From assembly GCF_016433145.1 (NCBI RefSeq), contig NC_058134.1:247876460-247940459 (forward strand): a stretch of 64,000 nucleotides of DNA. The letters are read 5' to 3'. Origin of the DNA: Gracilinanus agilis (Eukaryota). Shown here piece after piece: positions 37,440-50,576 of this stretch; position 1 is the stretch's first letter; the number at the start of each line of letters is the position of its first letter. The notes below the pieces were generated by a model. The model was not told where the DNA came from. It did no database searches and saw only the letters and a program-made list of their open reading frames with translations. The translations under genes were made by a program, and so were the position numbers.

Positions 37440-40135
37440 CACCATCTTCAACTTCAATAACCTTTTACTTTGAACTTCACATGCTATTCACATCTACTAC
37501 TCAATCAAAATCCTGGTGACAGTTGTCTATGCATTCCTCTTTCCTTCCTCATTGTGGAACTTCGTACAAAGCTCACAATTTTTCTTTCCTCACCAAATTC
37601 TGCCTTCATACTAGGAAACTTTACACATGCTGAATCTCTCTCTAATACTTTAACCACTCAGTTCCTCAGCCTACTCACTCCCCATGAGCTACTCCTCTAT
37701 CCTAGCTCAGCCACACACAATGATTGTGGTTCCTTTGGTTTTGTCATCCCCCACAAACCCCTCCTCTCTTTGTTCAAGAATTCCAGAATCCCTTAACTGA
37801 TCATAAGCTATTGGATTTTCACCTCTCCCTCTGCCTTCTCTTACAAAACCTTCCTCTTCATCCACACCATGCCTTCCAGTCCCTCAGTTCTGTCCCATGC
37901 CATCTCTTCTATACTAGCTACTCTCTTCTCTTTCCCCTGTCTTGACCATCAGGGAATCAATTCAACTCGATACCGTCATCTGTCCTCTTCTCTTGAATCT
38001 CTAACACACATACACACCCTTACCATATCAGTGATACTCCCAAACAAACCTCAACCTTGGGTCATGTCCATTGATTGTTGCTTTCCCTCTTACAAATGAG
38101 CTGCTGAATGAGATGAAGAAAATCATGCAATTGTTCTAACTGGTCCCCTACAAATTCATATTACATTACCTCAACTGAGTTCTCACTACCTGTTAAGCAA
38201 TCTTACCATACTTCCTTCATCAACTTACTACAAAGATTTTTCCAAAACTTCTCACTTCTCTTCAAACCTCCCATGGCTCCCTCTCACCCTCAGCTAAAAA
38301 CTTGCCTCATATTTTACAGAAAAAAAGAAATTGAGTCCAATTGCCATGAGATCCCTTTTCTCCCCTCTTCCTCATCATTTCTTATTACTCAGATGCCTTC
38401 TACAACAATCTCCTTCACCCTGCCTTGTGTGATGAAGTGTTTTTATTCTTTACCAAGGCTAATCCCCTCCCTACTTGTTCAAGGGATCTTGTCTCTTCCA
38501 ATAGATTGTCTCCTCTGTCATTCTCAGTTTTCAACTTATTTTTGATCTACCCCTTTCTATTGGCTCATTTCCTATTGCCTTACAAACATCTCCATCTGTC
38601 CCTCATCCTGTAAAAACCCTTACCTGATCCTTCTATCATTACTATTGTCCTATCTCTCTTTTGCCCTTTGTAGCTACATTCCTCAAAAAAGCCATTTACA
38701 ATGTGTACCTACACATTCTCTCCTCCCATTCTCTTTTTAGCCCCTTATGATCCAGCTTCCAACCCTATTAATACCACCAGAATTGAGCTTTCTAAAGTTA
38801 CTAATCATCTTGGAGTTGTGAATTTAAATGACCTTTTCTCTATTCTCATTAGCTTTTACCTCTGTAGCAGATGGCACTATTGATCAATCTCTTCTCCTTG
38901 ATATTTTCCTGTCTCTAAGTTTTTTGGAACAGCATTCTCTCCTGGTTCTCTGCCTACCCATTTGACCACTTCTCTGTCTCCTTTGTTAGATATCTTTTTC
39001 TAGGTTCTACCCTCTAATCATGGATGTCACTCAAGTTTCTGTCTTGAGTCCTTCTTTCTTCTCTGTGTGTTATACTTTGCTTGACAACCTAATCAACTTC
39101 CATGGAAACTACCAACTCAATACTGATGATTCTCAAAACTATTTATCCTGCCTGAAACTCTCTGCTGATCTCCAGTCTCACTTCTCCAAATGCCTTTTAA
39201 ACTGTATGTCCAATAGATATCTTAAACTCAATATATTCAAAGCAGAACTCATTATCTTCCCCCTAAGTCCTTCTCCACCCACCTTTCCTATTACTAAAGG
39301 GATCAAGTCATCCTCTTAGTTCCTAAGACTCTAAACATAGATATCCTGGATTTCTAAAGATTTTTCACTGACACCCTCCACCCCATCACTAAGCTGTTGC
39401 TAAAGCCTGTTGATTTTTCCTTTGCAATATCTCTCAAATGCAACCCCTTCTATTCTCTGATACTGCCTCCATCCAAGCCTTCATCCCCTCATGCCTTGAT
39501 TTATGCAATAGCCTGCTGGTATATCTGCCTGCAATCCATCCTCCATTGAGGCACTAAAGTAATTTTGCTAAAGCACAAATCATGTCATTCTTTTACTCAA
39601 TAAAGATTCATTCATGTCATTCTTTTATTCAATAAAGATCAGTGACATCCTACTGCTTTGAGAATCAAGGGTAAAATGTTATGTTTGGCAGTGAAAGCCC
39701 TTCATAATCTGGCCCCTTTTACAGTCCTCTTTCATCTTATTTCCCAACATGTACTGTTCATTCCAATTACATTGGCTTCTTTGCTATTCCATGAACAAGA
39801 CAGTCACTCCATCTCTTGGCTTTTGGTATTTACTCTGGCTGTCCCCCATATTTGGAATGTTCTCCTTCCTCCTCTCCAACTACTGCCCTCCCTGGCTTTT
39901 TAAAGTCCCATTTAAAATCCCATCTTTCACTGGAAGATTCCCCCAACCCCTCCTAATTCTAGTGACTTCCTCTGTTAATTTTAGCCCATTTAATCCTATA
40001 TATAGCTTACTTTGTACATATTTGTTTGCATGTTGTTTCTCTTAGTAGATTGTAAGAGCCTTAAAGGCAGGGACTTTCTTTTGCCTCTTTTTGTATCCCC
40101 AGTGCTTGGCACATGATAGGCACTTAATAAATATT
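37440..40135 (+). mobile_element. long L2 LINE (~2.7 kb; endonuclease, RT and 3' tail)
   Basis: ORF 37470 has ILGNFTH...QFLSLL...SATH (APE-like); ORF 39020 has DNLINFHGNYQLNTDDSQNYLS...YLKLNIFKAELIIFP (L2 RT, YADD region); L2 tail at ~40090-40135. Confidence 0.92.
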
Positions 40136-40509
40136 GATAGATAGATCTCTTCATTGTTAAATATGACCTTGATAAGTCTTGATAACCTTAACTTGGATTT
40201 TCCCATTATTGTGGTTCTGAGTACTAGCTTGAGCAGTTCAGGGTCCTCTGTCATTTACTTCCAGTATTTCTAGAAAACACCTTTATATTTCCAAAAGCGT
40301 TGTATTTAAATTTTTTTCCATCATTTTTTCTTAAAGGCTATAATTCATAAGATTTTTAAAAATTCTATCTCCAAATTCACTACTCATGTTTCATAGATCC
40401 CCATGTGTTGTTCTATTCTTCTTGTCTTTTGACTGTTCAGTTAATTCTTTTGCCTTTAAAGATGCTGTTCTGTTTGCCATAGAGATGATATTTTGGAAAG
40501 TGTCTGCCA

Positions 40510-41160
40510 TTCATTCTAGATTTTCTAGAATCCAGACTCACATACATGCTAGCTGTGTAACCTAGGCAAGTGTTGCTTAATCCTGTTTGTCTCAGTTCCT
40601 TGACTAGGTGACATAGTAGATATAGTGCTGGGCCTGGAGTCAGGAAGATTCATCTTTGTGAGTTCAAATTGGATCTCAGACACTAAAGTGTCTGTAGTAG
40701 ATGTGTGATCCTGGATAAGTCACTTAACCCTTCTTGCTTCAGTTTTCTCATCTATAAAATGAGCTAGAAAAAAGGAAATGGCTATGGAAGTCATTTTCTA
40801 AAATTCTGCCACTAAACCACCATCTCTGTAAAGCTCTCTCAAGCCGAAAGGTTTAGTAAAAGGCCTGACAATGGACTTTCATCCATGGCACTGACCAGTT
40901 GAGTTTGGAAAGACCCACTGACATGGAGCAAATCACTACACTTCTGGGGGCTTCTGTTTCTTCAACTATAAAATGAGGGAACCAGACCAGGTCCCCTCTA
41001 AAAGTCCTCTGTGGCCCCAACATTTTATAACCACGCATACTCCTCTCTGTGATATGAGGCACTGGGTACAATTATGCTTTCCCACTTTATAGACAAAGCA
41101 ACTGAAGCTGGCCACATAGTTAACAAGTGTCCTGCTTGGGATTTGAACCTTGATCCAATT
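40510..41160. mobile_element. cluster of MIR/MAR SINE pieces
   Basis: Several CORE copies, e.g. gactaggtgacatagtagatatagtgctgggcctggagtcaggaag at ~40605 and a reverse copy at 41060-41150. Confidence 0.75.
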
Positions 41161-41850
41161 ATATCATATCCCTCTGCCTTTCATAAAAGAGCTGTGATTT
41201 CATTGAAGAAGGCTGCCCCTCCACCAAGATAAATGGCAGCCTCTCCATGCCTCAGTAGCTGATCTCTCACGTTAGTGTTTTCTGCAGAATTAAATCAAGG
41301 GACAGGGGCTTTGCCCTAAGGCAGAAAATTTGCTCCATGTCACAGAGGTAGTGAAGAACAGAGCCAGAATTCAACTTCAGGCACTCTCTTACATTCAACA
41401 TTCTTTCAAATTCCACCTTCTCTCTTCCTTTTCATCCTTAGTGTTGTATAAACCTTAGGGTGCCTTGTAAAACAGATCTGTTATCGTGGATGGTGCCCTT
41501 TATCATTGTATATTGAAGCATTTTCCTCTAAAGGTCAGGATAAATTATTGAAATGGGGTTAACTCCTAGAAGGGATGCTATGTCAACTATATCAGCTGAT
41601 ATCAGTGTGGCACTAGAAGGAGTGAGAGCCAAAGGATCTGGGGACAAAATCACGCACTATTTCTGGAACTCCATTTTTTCATCTGTAAAATGAGCAAGTT
41701 GAACTAAATGATCCTTTAAAAATAGGATCTCTTAGAGATTTAAATATATGGATCTGATGCTTTTCACAATCCGAGACTAATTCACCTATACAAGTTTGAT
41801 TCCTGTTACTCTCCCTCAAATAGATCCTTTAGATCAGAGGTTGATTTTCA

Positions 41851-42097
41851 TTTTATTGTTGTTATTAATCAATTTGCTGTGTCTGACTCTTCTTGATCCT
41901 ATTTGGGGTTGTCTTGGCAAAGATCCTGGAGTAGTTTTCCATTGCCTTCTCTAGCTCATTTTACGTATGAGGAAACTGAGGTAAACAGGGTTAGGGGACC
42001 TGCCCAGGCTCATAGTTAGTTGAGGCCAGATTTGATTGAACTTAAGTCCTCCTGACTCCAGACCTTGTACTTTATCCACTATGCCACCTAGCTGGCC
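41851..42097 (-). mobile_element. MAR1-type SINE with TSD
   Basis: TSD TTGATTTTCA at 41841-41850 and 42098-42107; MAR1 body. Confidence 0.9.
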
Positions 42098-42994
42098 TTG
42101 ATTTTCACTACTTTATCTTTGAATTCCCAATATCTACCATAGTGCCTTGCACATAGAAAGCTTCTTAATTTGAAGAAACATGATAGCAAGGAGAAAATGT
42201 ATGCTAGACATTGATGTGCTGTTAACCAGAGTGGAATCCTTTGATTCGCCATTATCTATGGACAGAAGATAACTGTGTATCTAAAGGGGACGGTGCTTTA
42301 TTTAATTCTCATTCTGGGCGAAAGGATGTCCCAAGAGAAAGGATATGCACAAGCCCAAAGATCTCATCAGTTCCTCTGTGCAGATGCAGCTTTGACCAGG
42401 CATTTTTTGCTTCTCTTTCAGTTTGGGAAACAAGTCAAGAGGATTTGGGAGACTAGAAATCAAAAGCCCAGAGACTGGAGTAGTGTGAGTGTGGTGGGCT
42501 GCTGCTGGAGCTCCGGGGGCGGCAATCCCCTCCATCTTTAGCAGTCACAAGAGCCAGTCTAAGGAAAGGAGGACCTTCCATGCTGGATAAGAAGTACCAG
42601 ATGGTAAAGTGTCAAATTCACCTTCTTGCTATCTGAGAGGGCAAACGTTAAATCCAAAGATGTTCTGTTCTTTAAAGTTAACTTAGAATTTTTGCTATAA
42701 TTTGTACTAGTGCTGGTTGACTGCAGATAAAGATGGGATGGATCATTCGTGATTGGAATGTGTCATTTTTTGTGTCGAGGGACTGAGGGGCAGAGATGGC
42801 AGAGTGAAGGGGGCAGAGAAGAGACTCTACATCCTTGGAATTCTGTTCCATTCAAGGGCATCCTAACCACTCTGCTGGGTCTGCAGAATACAAAGCAAAA
42901 AGGAAACTAGTGTTTGTTTTTCAAGAGTACACAACAGTGTATACATTAGGGCTAGTCAGAATATTTAAATTTCATTTCATTAGGCCTGGCCTAA

Positions 42995-43292
42995 TACTAT
43001 GTATGTGGCCAAATACATGCATATATGGGTATATACATTATACACACAGATGTATGTACACAGAAACATACACATGCACACATGCTATATACATGCAAGC
43101 ATGTACTAACATGCTATTTATGCTTTAGATAGTACTTTACTATATACTTTATATATAAATGTGTATGCTGTTGTTTCTATACATGTATGTAGATGTACAC
43201 CCCATGCACACCACATTATATTGATCTAGAATCATGTGCATACATGCGCATACATGTATAGACACATGCACACGTGTGTAAACACACACAAG
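42995..43292. repeat. alternating purine-pyrimidine (CA/TA/TG) low-complexity tract
   Basis: direct reading. Confidence 0.85.
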
Positions 43293-44269
43293 AATGGGGG
43301 CAGACTTCTCAAAATCAGACAACGATTAAGCCACATGGATGGAGCTCTCTGTTTTCTCCCTGGTAAGTTAAAATCACAGACTTAATAAAGGCTTGTGTGA
43401 CTTGCTGGGATTTGAAGTTATTGTGCTAAATGAGGCCTTCCCTATTTTTTTTTCCTTCCAGGAATGGGCAAATATCTCTGTAGCTGTGGCTCTAAGGCTG
43501 GTGACTAAACAGGAGGTCAAATCTAGTGGGAGAAGAAAGCGAGTGACTGGACAAGACCGATGATGCCAATATGGTGCAGGTTGGTGAGGAGGGGCCAGAG
43601 AAGGAGAATGAATACCTTCTTCCCTTCCTGTGCAGCTCAATAGATGAGCACTTGACTATTTTCAATTAAGCAGACATCTATACTCCTGAAAAGTCACCTA
43701 GCAAAGAATAGTTAATTTTTTAAATTAAATTGAATTTTACTTTTGATTTTAAGATGAGAAAAGACCCAGAGAGGACTTGTCTTTGCATGCTAATAAATAG
43801 CAGTATTCTATCAGCAATTAATCTGAATTCACTAAGATAGTAAGTGTGTAACAAATGGAGTTTATGATGAAAATGAAGTTGAGGATGGGGAGATTCAGGT
43901 TGGTATAAACATATTGTGATTTGCCTGTTTATTGGTAAGCTACCTTCTTACAATTATGCAAAAATATGTTACAGAAAAGTGTAATAAAATTGGTAAACAG
44001 AGCAATACAGTCTGAATTATGCTATGTATAAAAGTATTATCATCATCATACAGAGTGAATAATAATAAAATTATGAAATCTGAGATGAATATGTATTTCT
44101 CAGAGGTAGGAAAATATATTTATGCAACTAATTGAAAAATAAAATAATAGTTCTGACAAGTAAAGAAATATAATTTTATACTGATAAGAAAAAGCCTCCA
44201 TCATCAAATGTTCCTTTAATCAATGAACAACTTAACAAGAACAAATGAGATTGATGCATTACTTTAAGG

Positions 44270-44420
44270 CATGCAAGGCATTTTACATATATTTTATCAT
44301 TTGGTCCTACAATATGCCTACAAGATAAATGTGATTATTATTCCCATTTTACAGACAGGATGAGAGGCTGAGGTTAAGTGACTTGACCAGGGTTACACAG
44401 CTCGTTTCTGGAGCAGGCAT
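44270..44420 (-). mobile_element. MIR SINE
   Basis: attattcccattttacagacaggatgagaggctgaggttaagtgacttgaccagggttacacagct. Confidence 0.8.
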
Positions 44421-45249
44421 AGATCCAAGATATGTTTTTCAAATTAGCAGTTAAGGGAAAATAAGACTTATACATAGATTCATAGAAGTAGAGCTAGAAT
44501 AAACTGGTCAGCAAGTATTTACTAAGTGTCTATGATGTGCCAAGCACTATACTAAAGGGAGTCTGAGATCATCTAGTCCTTTCCCCTCATTTAGCAGATG
44601 AATAAAATGAAGTTGAGTGAGATTAGGTGATTTATTCCAAAGTCACAGTTGACAAGTAGCAGAGATTCAAAGCATTTCTACTATTCTTGGATAAATGAAT
44701 GTCTTTAAACATTTTTTTCTATCTATACAATGTGAAATAGTTGGACAAAAAATAAAAAAAATTATAATCTGCAGCTGATTGAAAAGTTAGGAAATGCTAC
44801 TGATTATTTGGAGAATGAACATCTAGGGAAATGTTTGAATTTTTCATGTCTCATTTTTTCTTTCAAATAAATGGCATTGTGTTTATTTGCACTACAAAAT
44901 TTTTTGAGTGATTTCATCGATATGTTATTCTCTTCACTGATGGAGATCAATTATTCCTCTCTAAATTATAGACTTGGGGACTTGTCTGGAAAACAGAGAA
45001 GCCAAGTTACTTGTCTGAGGTCAGATTTCAATTTGATTCAATTCAATTTCATTCAATTCAATTCAACAAGGATTTATATTAAGATACCTTTTTTGCTAGA
45101 TCTATGCTAGATCCCTGGGATATAAAGATGAAAATGAAAATATTTTTTGCCTTTCAAGAGTTTATATTCCACTGGAGAAAAACAACAATACACAGCATAG
45201 TATGAGGATGTGTGTTTATTTAAATATCATTTTATTAGTCCTGGTCTAA

Positions 45250-45625
45250 TTGTGTGTATGTGTGTGTATATCCCCATTACATCAGTGCATATATATACAC
45301 ACACAAAACTACACATAATATAGATCTTAGTCTGTGTATTTTTTGTTTTATATAGTACTATCGACTATATTTTATGTAGTATATACTTCATAGCTTTATT
45401 CATTTGTATACTGCTATTTTCCAAGTACATGTGTATATATTAATATATAATATATACATAAATGTATATATTATATATGTTTTCTTTTGTTGTTTAGACC
45501 CAAATAGCAAACCACAATTTTGATATATATTTAATGTATATTATATGTATATATGTACATATATATGTGCGTGTGTGTGTATATAGAGAGAGACAGAGAC
45601 AGAGACAGAGACAGAGAGAGAGAAA
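45250..45625. repeat. (TA)/(TG)/(GAGACA) low-complexity region
   Basis: direct reading. Confidence 0.85.
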
Positions 45626-46795
45626 ATGGGAAAGAAAGGCAAATCACACAAATAGCCTGTGAGAAGCTGAGTAAGAACTCATCTTTTCTTGTCTCTAAGG
45701 GTAACCCTCTATCTACTATGCCAAGTTGTCTCTTAGCAATTATAATTGAATCTTAATACATCAACAATATAAAGGAATAAATACATTGAGAATATCAATG
45801 AATAATATATATCATTAGTTTAAATCATGCAACGCTTTGAATGTTGGAACCTATGAATGTAGAAAATTCAAAAAGACAAGTTTAAAAGATTAACAGCATA
45901 AATAAGATTTATATGCACATATAATATTTTAGAAGTTTTGCCTAGATGTGTAGGATAAAAGGAAAAATGGAATTTGTAAAAGTGAAACTCTTCCATTGCA
46001 ATGTTATAATGATTAAATATATAATGTTTATAAAATACTTAGCGGTAATAACCATGGTATAATTCTTACTCAAATAAGCAAAACATGTTTTCTCCCCAAA
46101 TTAAAACAAACTATATCTGTGTGACAAGTTTACAAATATCAAAGAGTCAACATGGCCTAAATACAATTAAATAACCATCAACAATTTAGTGGGAAACATT
46201 TCAAAATATATAGTTTGTTGACAATACTGTACTGTCATCAGAGACTATTATTTTTTAAAGAAATCTCTTCTTTAGGAATTAGCTTAATACAAAATAGCCA
46301 GTAAATTAATATCAAAAGACCAAAAGCCTTTGCTTTGATACATGAGGCCTACTTTTTATAATTAGCTAAAAAATAAACATTTTAGAAATGAATGATCAAA
46401 GGACTGAATCTGACCCATAGGGAAAATCCATTGCATCACAGGTTACAATTAAAATAAGAGCTCATGCTGTTAATCTTTTAAATAATTTAATTTTTCTCAT
46501 ATCAAAAGAAGATATTTAAGGGGAAATGCATGTTTTAGGCAATTCTGGCTGATGGCATTTTACCCCCTAACTGTAAAAGAATTCACTTTGACATTAGGTT
46601 CCATCAATTCATTTGTGATTTCTAAATGTACATGGAATGAAACCACAACTTACATGAAGATTCTGCTGGGTATCTGGATGCCTGATTATTTTTTTCTCTG
46701 TTCTGAGCCAAAGCATTCCCAGTGTTCATGGAAACAAGGTCTACATCCATGTCTTCTCTCCTTACAAGTCTTGCCTGGAAGCAATGGGAGAGAAT

Positions 46796-46975
46796 NNNNN
46801 NNNNNNNNNNNNNNNNNNNNNNNNNNNNNNNNNNNNNNNNNNNNNNNNNNNNNNNNNNNNNNNNNNNNNNNNNNNNNNNNNNNNNNNNNNNNNNNNNNNN
46901 NNNNNNNNNNNNNNNNNNNNNNNNNNNNNNNNNNNNNNNNNNNNNNNNNNNNNNNNNNNNNNNNNNNNNNNNNNN
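46796..46975. other. assembly gap (180 N)
   Basis: direct reading. Confidence 1.
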
Positions 46976-47984
46976 TTGTGGTTTGCTATTTGGGTCTGTA
47001 CAACAAAAGAAAACATTTTAGTACTGTAATTTTGAAGAAAATCAATCTTCCAGACAGCTGATGAAACCTTAAACAGCTTAAGATCATTTATTTACCAGTA
47101 TATAATTTAATTCTTAATTGAATGTCAGAAATGTCAGAATCAGTTATTTTCTGCAATATTTAAGTTTCATCCCATAGAAGTATTGGTCCCACTAATAAAT
47201 GTAAAATTTCAACCTCTGACAGTTTATTATAAAATTATGTTGAAAAAGAGATCATTAAGTCTCTAATTCATATACAAGTAATATAGAGGCTCTGTCTTCT
47301 AGAAGTGAGGACAATACTTTAAAATGTTCTTGAGGGTTAAACAGAATAATCTAAAGCCAAATTATCATATTTAAATTCATCAATATTTTGGCCTAAACCT
47401 ATATTGAAGGATTCTTTTTTCCTGTTTATCAAAATAACGTTTTAATTCAATGTCTAATTTTAAATTTAGCATTTATGAAGATTTAGATGAGTTTTAAAAA
47501 TTTCTTCATTTATTTTTTTCAATGAGACCTATACATAATAAATGGAGCTAATTATTGCAGAGTGACAAGAATGAAAACATTTTTCAGGCTATTTGGAACT
47601 AAGTATTAGTTATAAAAAGTGTGAAACTCTATGAGAGAGCAACCTTCTCAATTCCAGTAAATTTTTTTTAAAAATACAGTGAAACAAAAACACACTAAAC
47701 ATGAATATGGATAACTCATGAAGTTATAAAAAAACAATAGTTTAACATATCTAAAAAAAGACTTTCATACTATATCAAATATGTCTGGTTTTTTTTTCTT
47801 TTCATTTCTCAATAGGGAAAAAATGAAGCGGGATTTTAGAGTGGGAAAATATCTTACAGCTCATATAATTTAGCCCTTCTATTTTAAAAAGAGAGACTTA
47901 AAGGGACTAAGTGACTTTCTTAAGCTCACATAGGACAGAAGAGAGACTAGAACCAAAATTATTTGATTTATAAATTCAATATTC

Positions 47985-49310
47985 AGTTAATGACAATCAA
48001 TAAAAAATAAACAAAAACCATGTGCCAGTACTGGGGATACACAAAGAGGCAAAAGATAGTTTCTGCCCTCAAGAAACTCACAATCTAATGGGAGAGACAA
48101 CAAGCAAAAGAAAAAAAATGCAATGTGAGCAATATACAGTATCAAAGAGGAAACAATTAATAGAAAGGAGACTTAAGAAAGGTTGGGCAAGGTTTCCTGT
48201 AGATGATGGAATTTCAATTAGGACTTTAAAAGCCAAGGAGGCTACTGGGTGGAGATGAAAAGGGGCAACATTCCAGGCATGGAGGTCAGCCAAAGAGAAT
48301 GTCCAAAGCCAAGTGATGGAGTCTCTTATTCATGGAACATCAAGGACACCAGTGCCACTGGATCAGAAAAAGGATGTGGTGGGGAGGAAGGTTTAGGAAG
48401 ACTAGAAAGGTTGGGGATAAGAGCAAACTGTTTTGGTTACAAAAGGCTTTGGATTCCAAATACCAAAGGATTTTTGTATTTGCTCCTAGAGGCAATAGAG
48501 AGCCTCTGAGTTTATTGAGGTGGGAAGAGAGTGACATATTGGAGAATGAATTGGAGTGGGGAATAGATCTGCAGCAGGAAGATACACCAGTAGACTACTG
48601 CAATATTGTAGGTGTGAGGTAATGAGGGCCTGCACCAAAGTGGTGGCTATATCAGAGGAGAGAAGAGACATATTTGAGAGCTGATACACAGACAGACCTG
48701 CCAATCAGACTGGATATGGAGGATAAGAGACAGTGAGGAGTCAAGGATGACAACCGGGCTGAGGTGCTGGGAAAATGGTTTTGTCCTTGACACTAAAAGG
48801 GAAGTGAGTAGTGAGGAGAATTGAAGGGCAAAGATAATACATTTGGTTTTGGACATGTTGAGTTTTGAGGTGTCTCAAAGGTAGTTGGAGATTGAGATTA
48901 GAGGTTAGCAGAGAGACTGGTCCAGGATAGGATAGATCTGAGAATCATCAGTATAGAACTAGTCAACTAGTCATCCATGGAAGCTGATGGGATCACCAAG
49001 GGAAGTAGTATAGTGGAAGAAGAGAAAGGAGAGTCCAGGACAAAACCTTGTGGAATCCTATAGTTGGAGGGTGAGAACTTGATGAGGATCCAGCAAAAGA
49101 CACTGAGAAGGAGCAGTCTGACAGGTAGGAGGAGAACCAGGAGAGAATGGTATTCTGAAAACCTAGAAAGAAGAAGGTGTTAAAGAGAGGATAATAAAGT
49201 GTCGTATCTAAAGTCAAAAAAGATGAAGAGGTCATTTGAAAAAGGTTTTCATTTGACTTAATAATGAAGAGATCATTGGTAAATTTGGAGATATAAATTT
49301 CATTGGAATG
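47985..49310 (-). mobile_element. L2 LINE (RT to 3' end)
   Basis: Minus ORF 48993-49235 reads FLGFQNTILSWFSSYLSDCSFSVSFAGSSSSSHP, a close match to L2 RT. Confidence 0.92.
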
Positions 49311-50149
49311 AGGATAGAAGCCTTTCCTCTTTCCTTTATGCTATGCCTATTCCTATGAGATTTCGTATTAGTGATCATTTTAGAACTTTATAAATCAGTG
49401 TTCCTGATATTCCTGTTAAATCTATAGAAATGTATAAAGATATGCCCTTCCATGAATAAAACTTGTACTCTTATAATACTCAGAACAAAGAGCTCCAATT
49501 AATGCAGAAACATCACCAGACTATATCTCCCAGAAAACAGAATATGAGCTCTGCAGTATATTGATATCACCAGTGTGAACTCTAATGAGGTAGGACTGTT
49601 TCCAAAAAGTCTTTTTCTCTTTTCTTTTCTTAAAGGATGCTGGGTTTTGATAGTAAAGCATTTGCATTATAGATATTGCTAATGAGGTAAGAAATCCAAG
49701 CAGCAACTGTTCTGAACCTCTTCTCCTCTCAAGCCTCTGACACCAACCCTCTCCTCTCCTATTTGGCTGAGAATCTCACAATTCACTGAGAAAGATTATC
49801 TGACACATGCTCCCTTCTTACCACTACTCTACATATCAAAACCGCTCAACATCATCTCTCTCACTTTCTTCCTTTCCACTAGTCTGATAATGACATGATC
49901 CTTCTGCTCTCCAAGGCCAATCTCTCTACATATGCCAGTAGTTCTGTCCATTCTAATGTCCTTTGGTCTCTTCTTGGCTCTTATTATTCTTGAGTTCGGA
50001 GCAGCATTTGTCACTATTGACAATCTTTTCTTCCTTGATACTCTCTTCACAGAGGTTTTCACGACGTTGCTATCTCTGAACTGTCCTCAGTCTTCTTTGC
50101 TGGATCATCATTCAAGCCTTTGTCTTGGTCCTCTCTTCTTCCTCTAAAA

Positions 50150-50365
50150 CAGAGGTGACACATGCAGACCACCAGCCAAATAATGCTCAGAGTATTTGGC
50201 CCAAACCAGATTAAAATGTAATTGGGAAATACTTAACAAAATAAAATACAATATGATAATGTAATAATAATAATAATAATAATAATGTACCTATGTGAGT
50301 TTCTAAGTCAATATGTGGCTCACAGGCATCCTTATGTATGTTTTAGTGGCCCCTGATTGTTCTAA
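50150..50365. mobile_element. hAT MITE family A lacking its right TIR
   Basis: Starts CAGAGGTGACAC and shares internal sequence with the 12243 and 63559 copies. It stops at gattgttcta, where ~19 bp ending TTTGACACCACTG is expected. Confidence 0.8.
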
Positions 50366-50367
50366 CC

Positions 50368-50576
50368 CAGTGATGGGCAAACTACGGCCCTTGGGCCAGA
50401 TGCAGGGGGGGCGGGCCTGAAATGCTCTCTCCAGCCACACAACATTATTCCTAATCTGACGAATACAGTGAGTAGGATACAATACAATAAAACTTCAAAG
50501 AGTTGCCTTAGGAACAGACTGACAGATGAGCATTTCCTTTCCTTTGGCCCCTCTTAAAAAAGTTTGCCCATCACCG
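50368..50576. mobile_element. hAT MITE family B (209 bp)
   Basis: TIRs CAGTGATGGGCAAACT / AGTTTGCCCATCACCG (15/16 complementary). Confidence 0.92.

Noticed and set aside
39580-39639. 28-bp tandem duplication inside L2
   Set aside because: Ordinary slippage duplication in neutral repeat DNA
46552-47061. ORFs of 81-169 aa around the gap
   Set aside because: Artefacts of translating through 180 Ns
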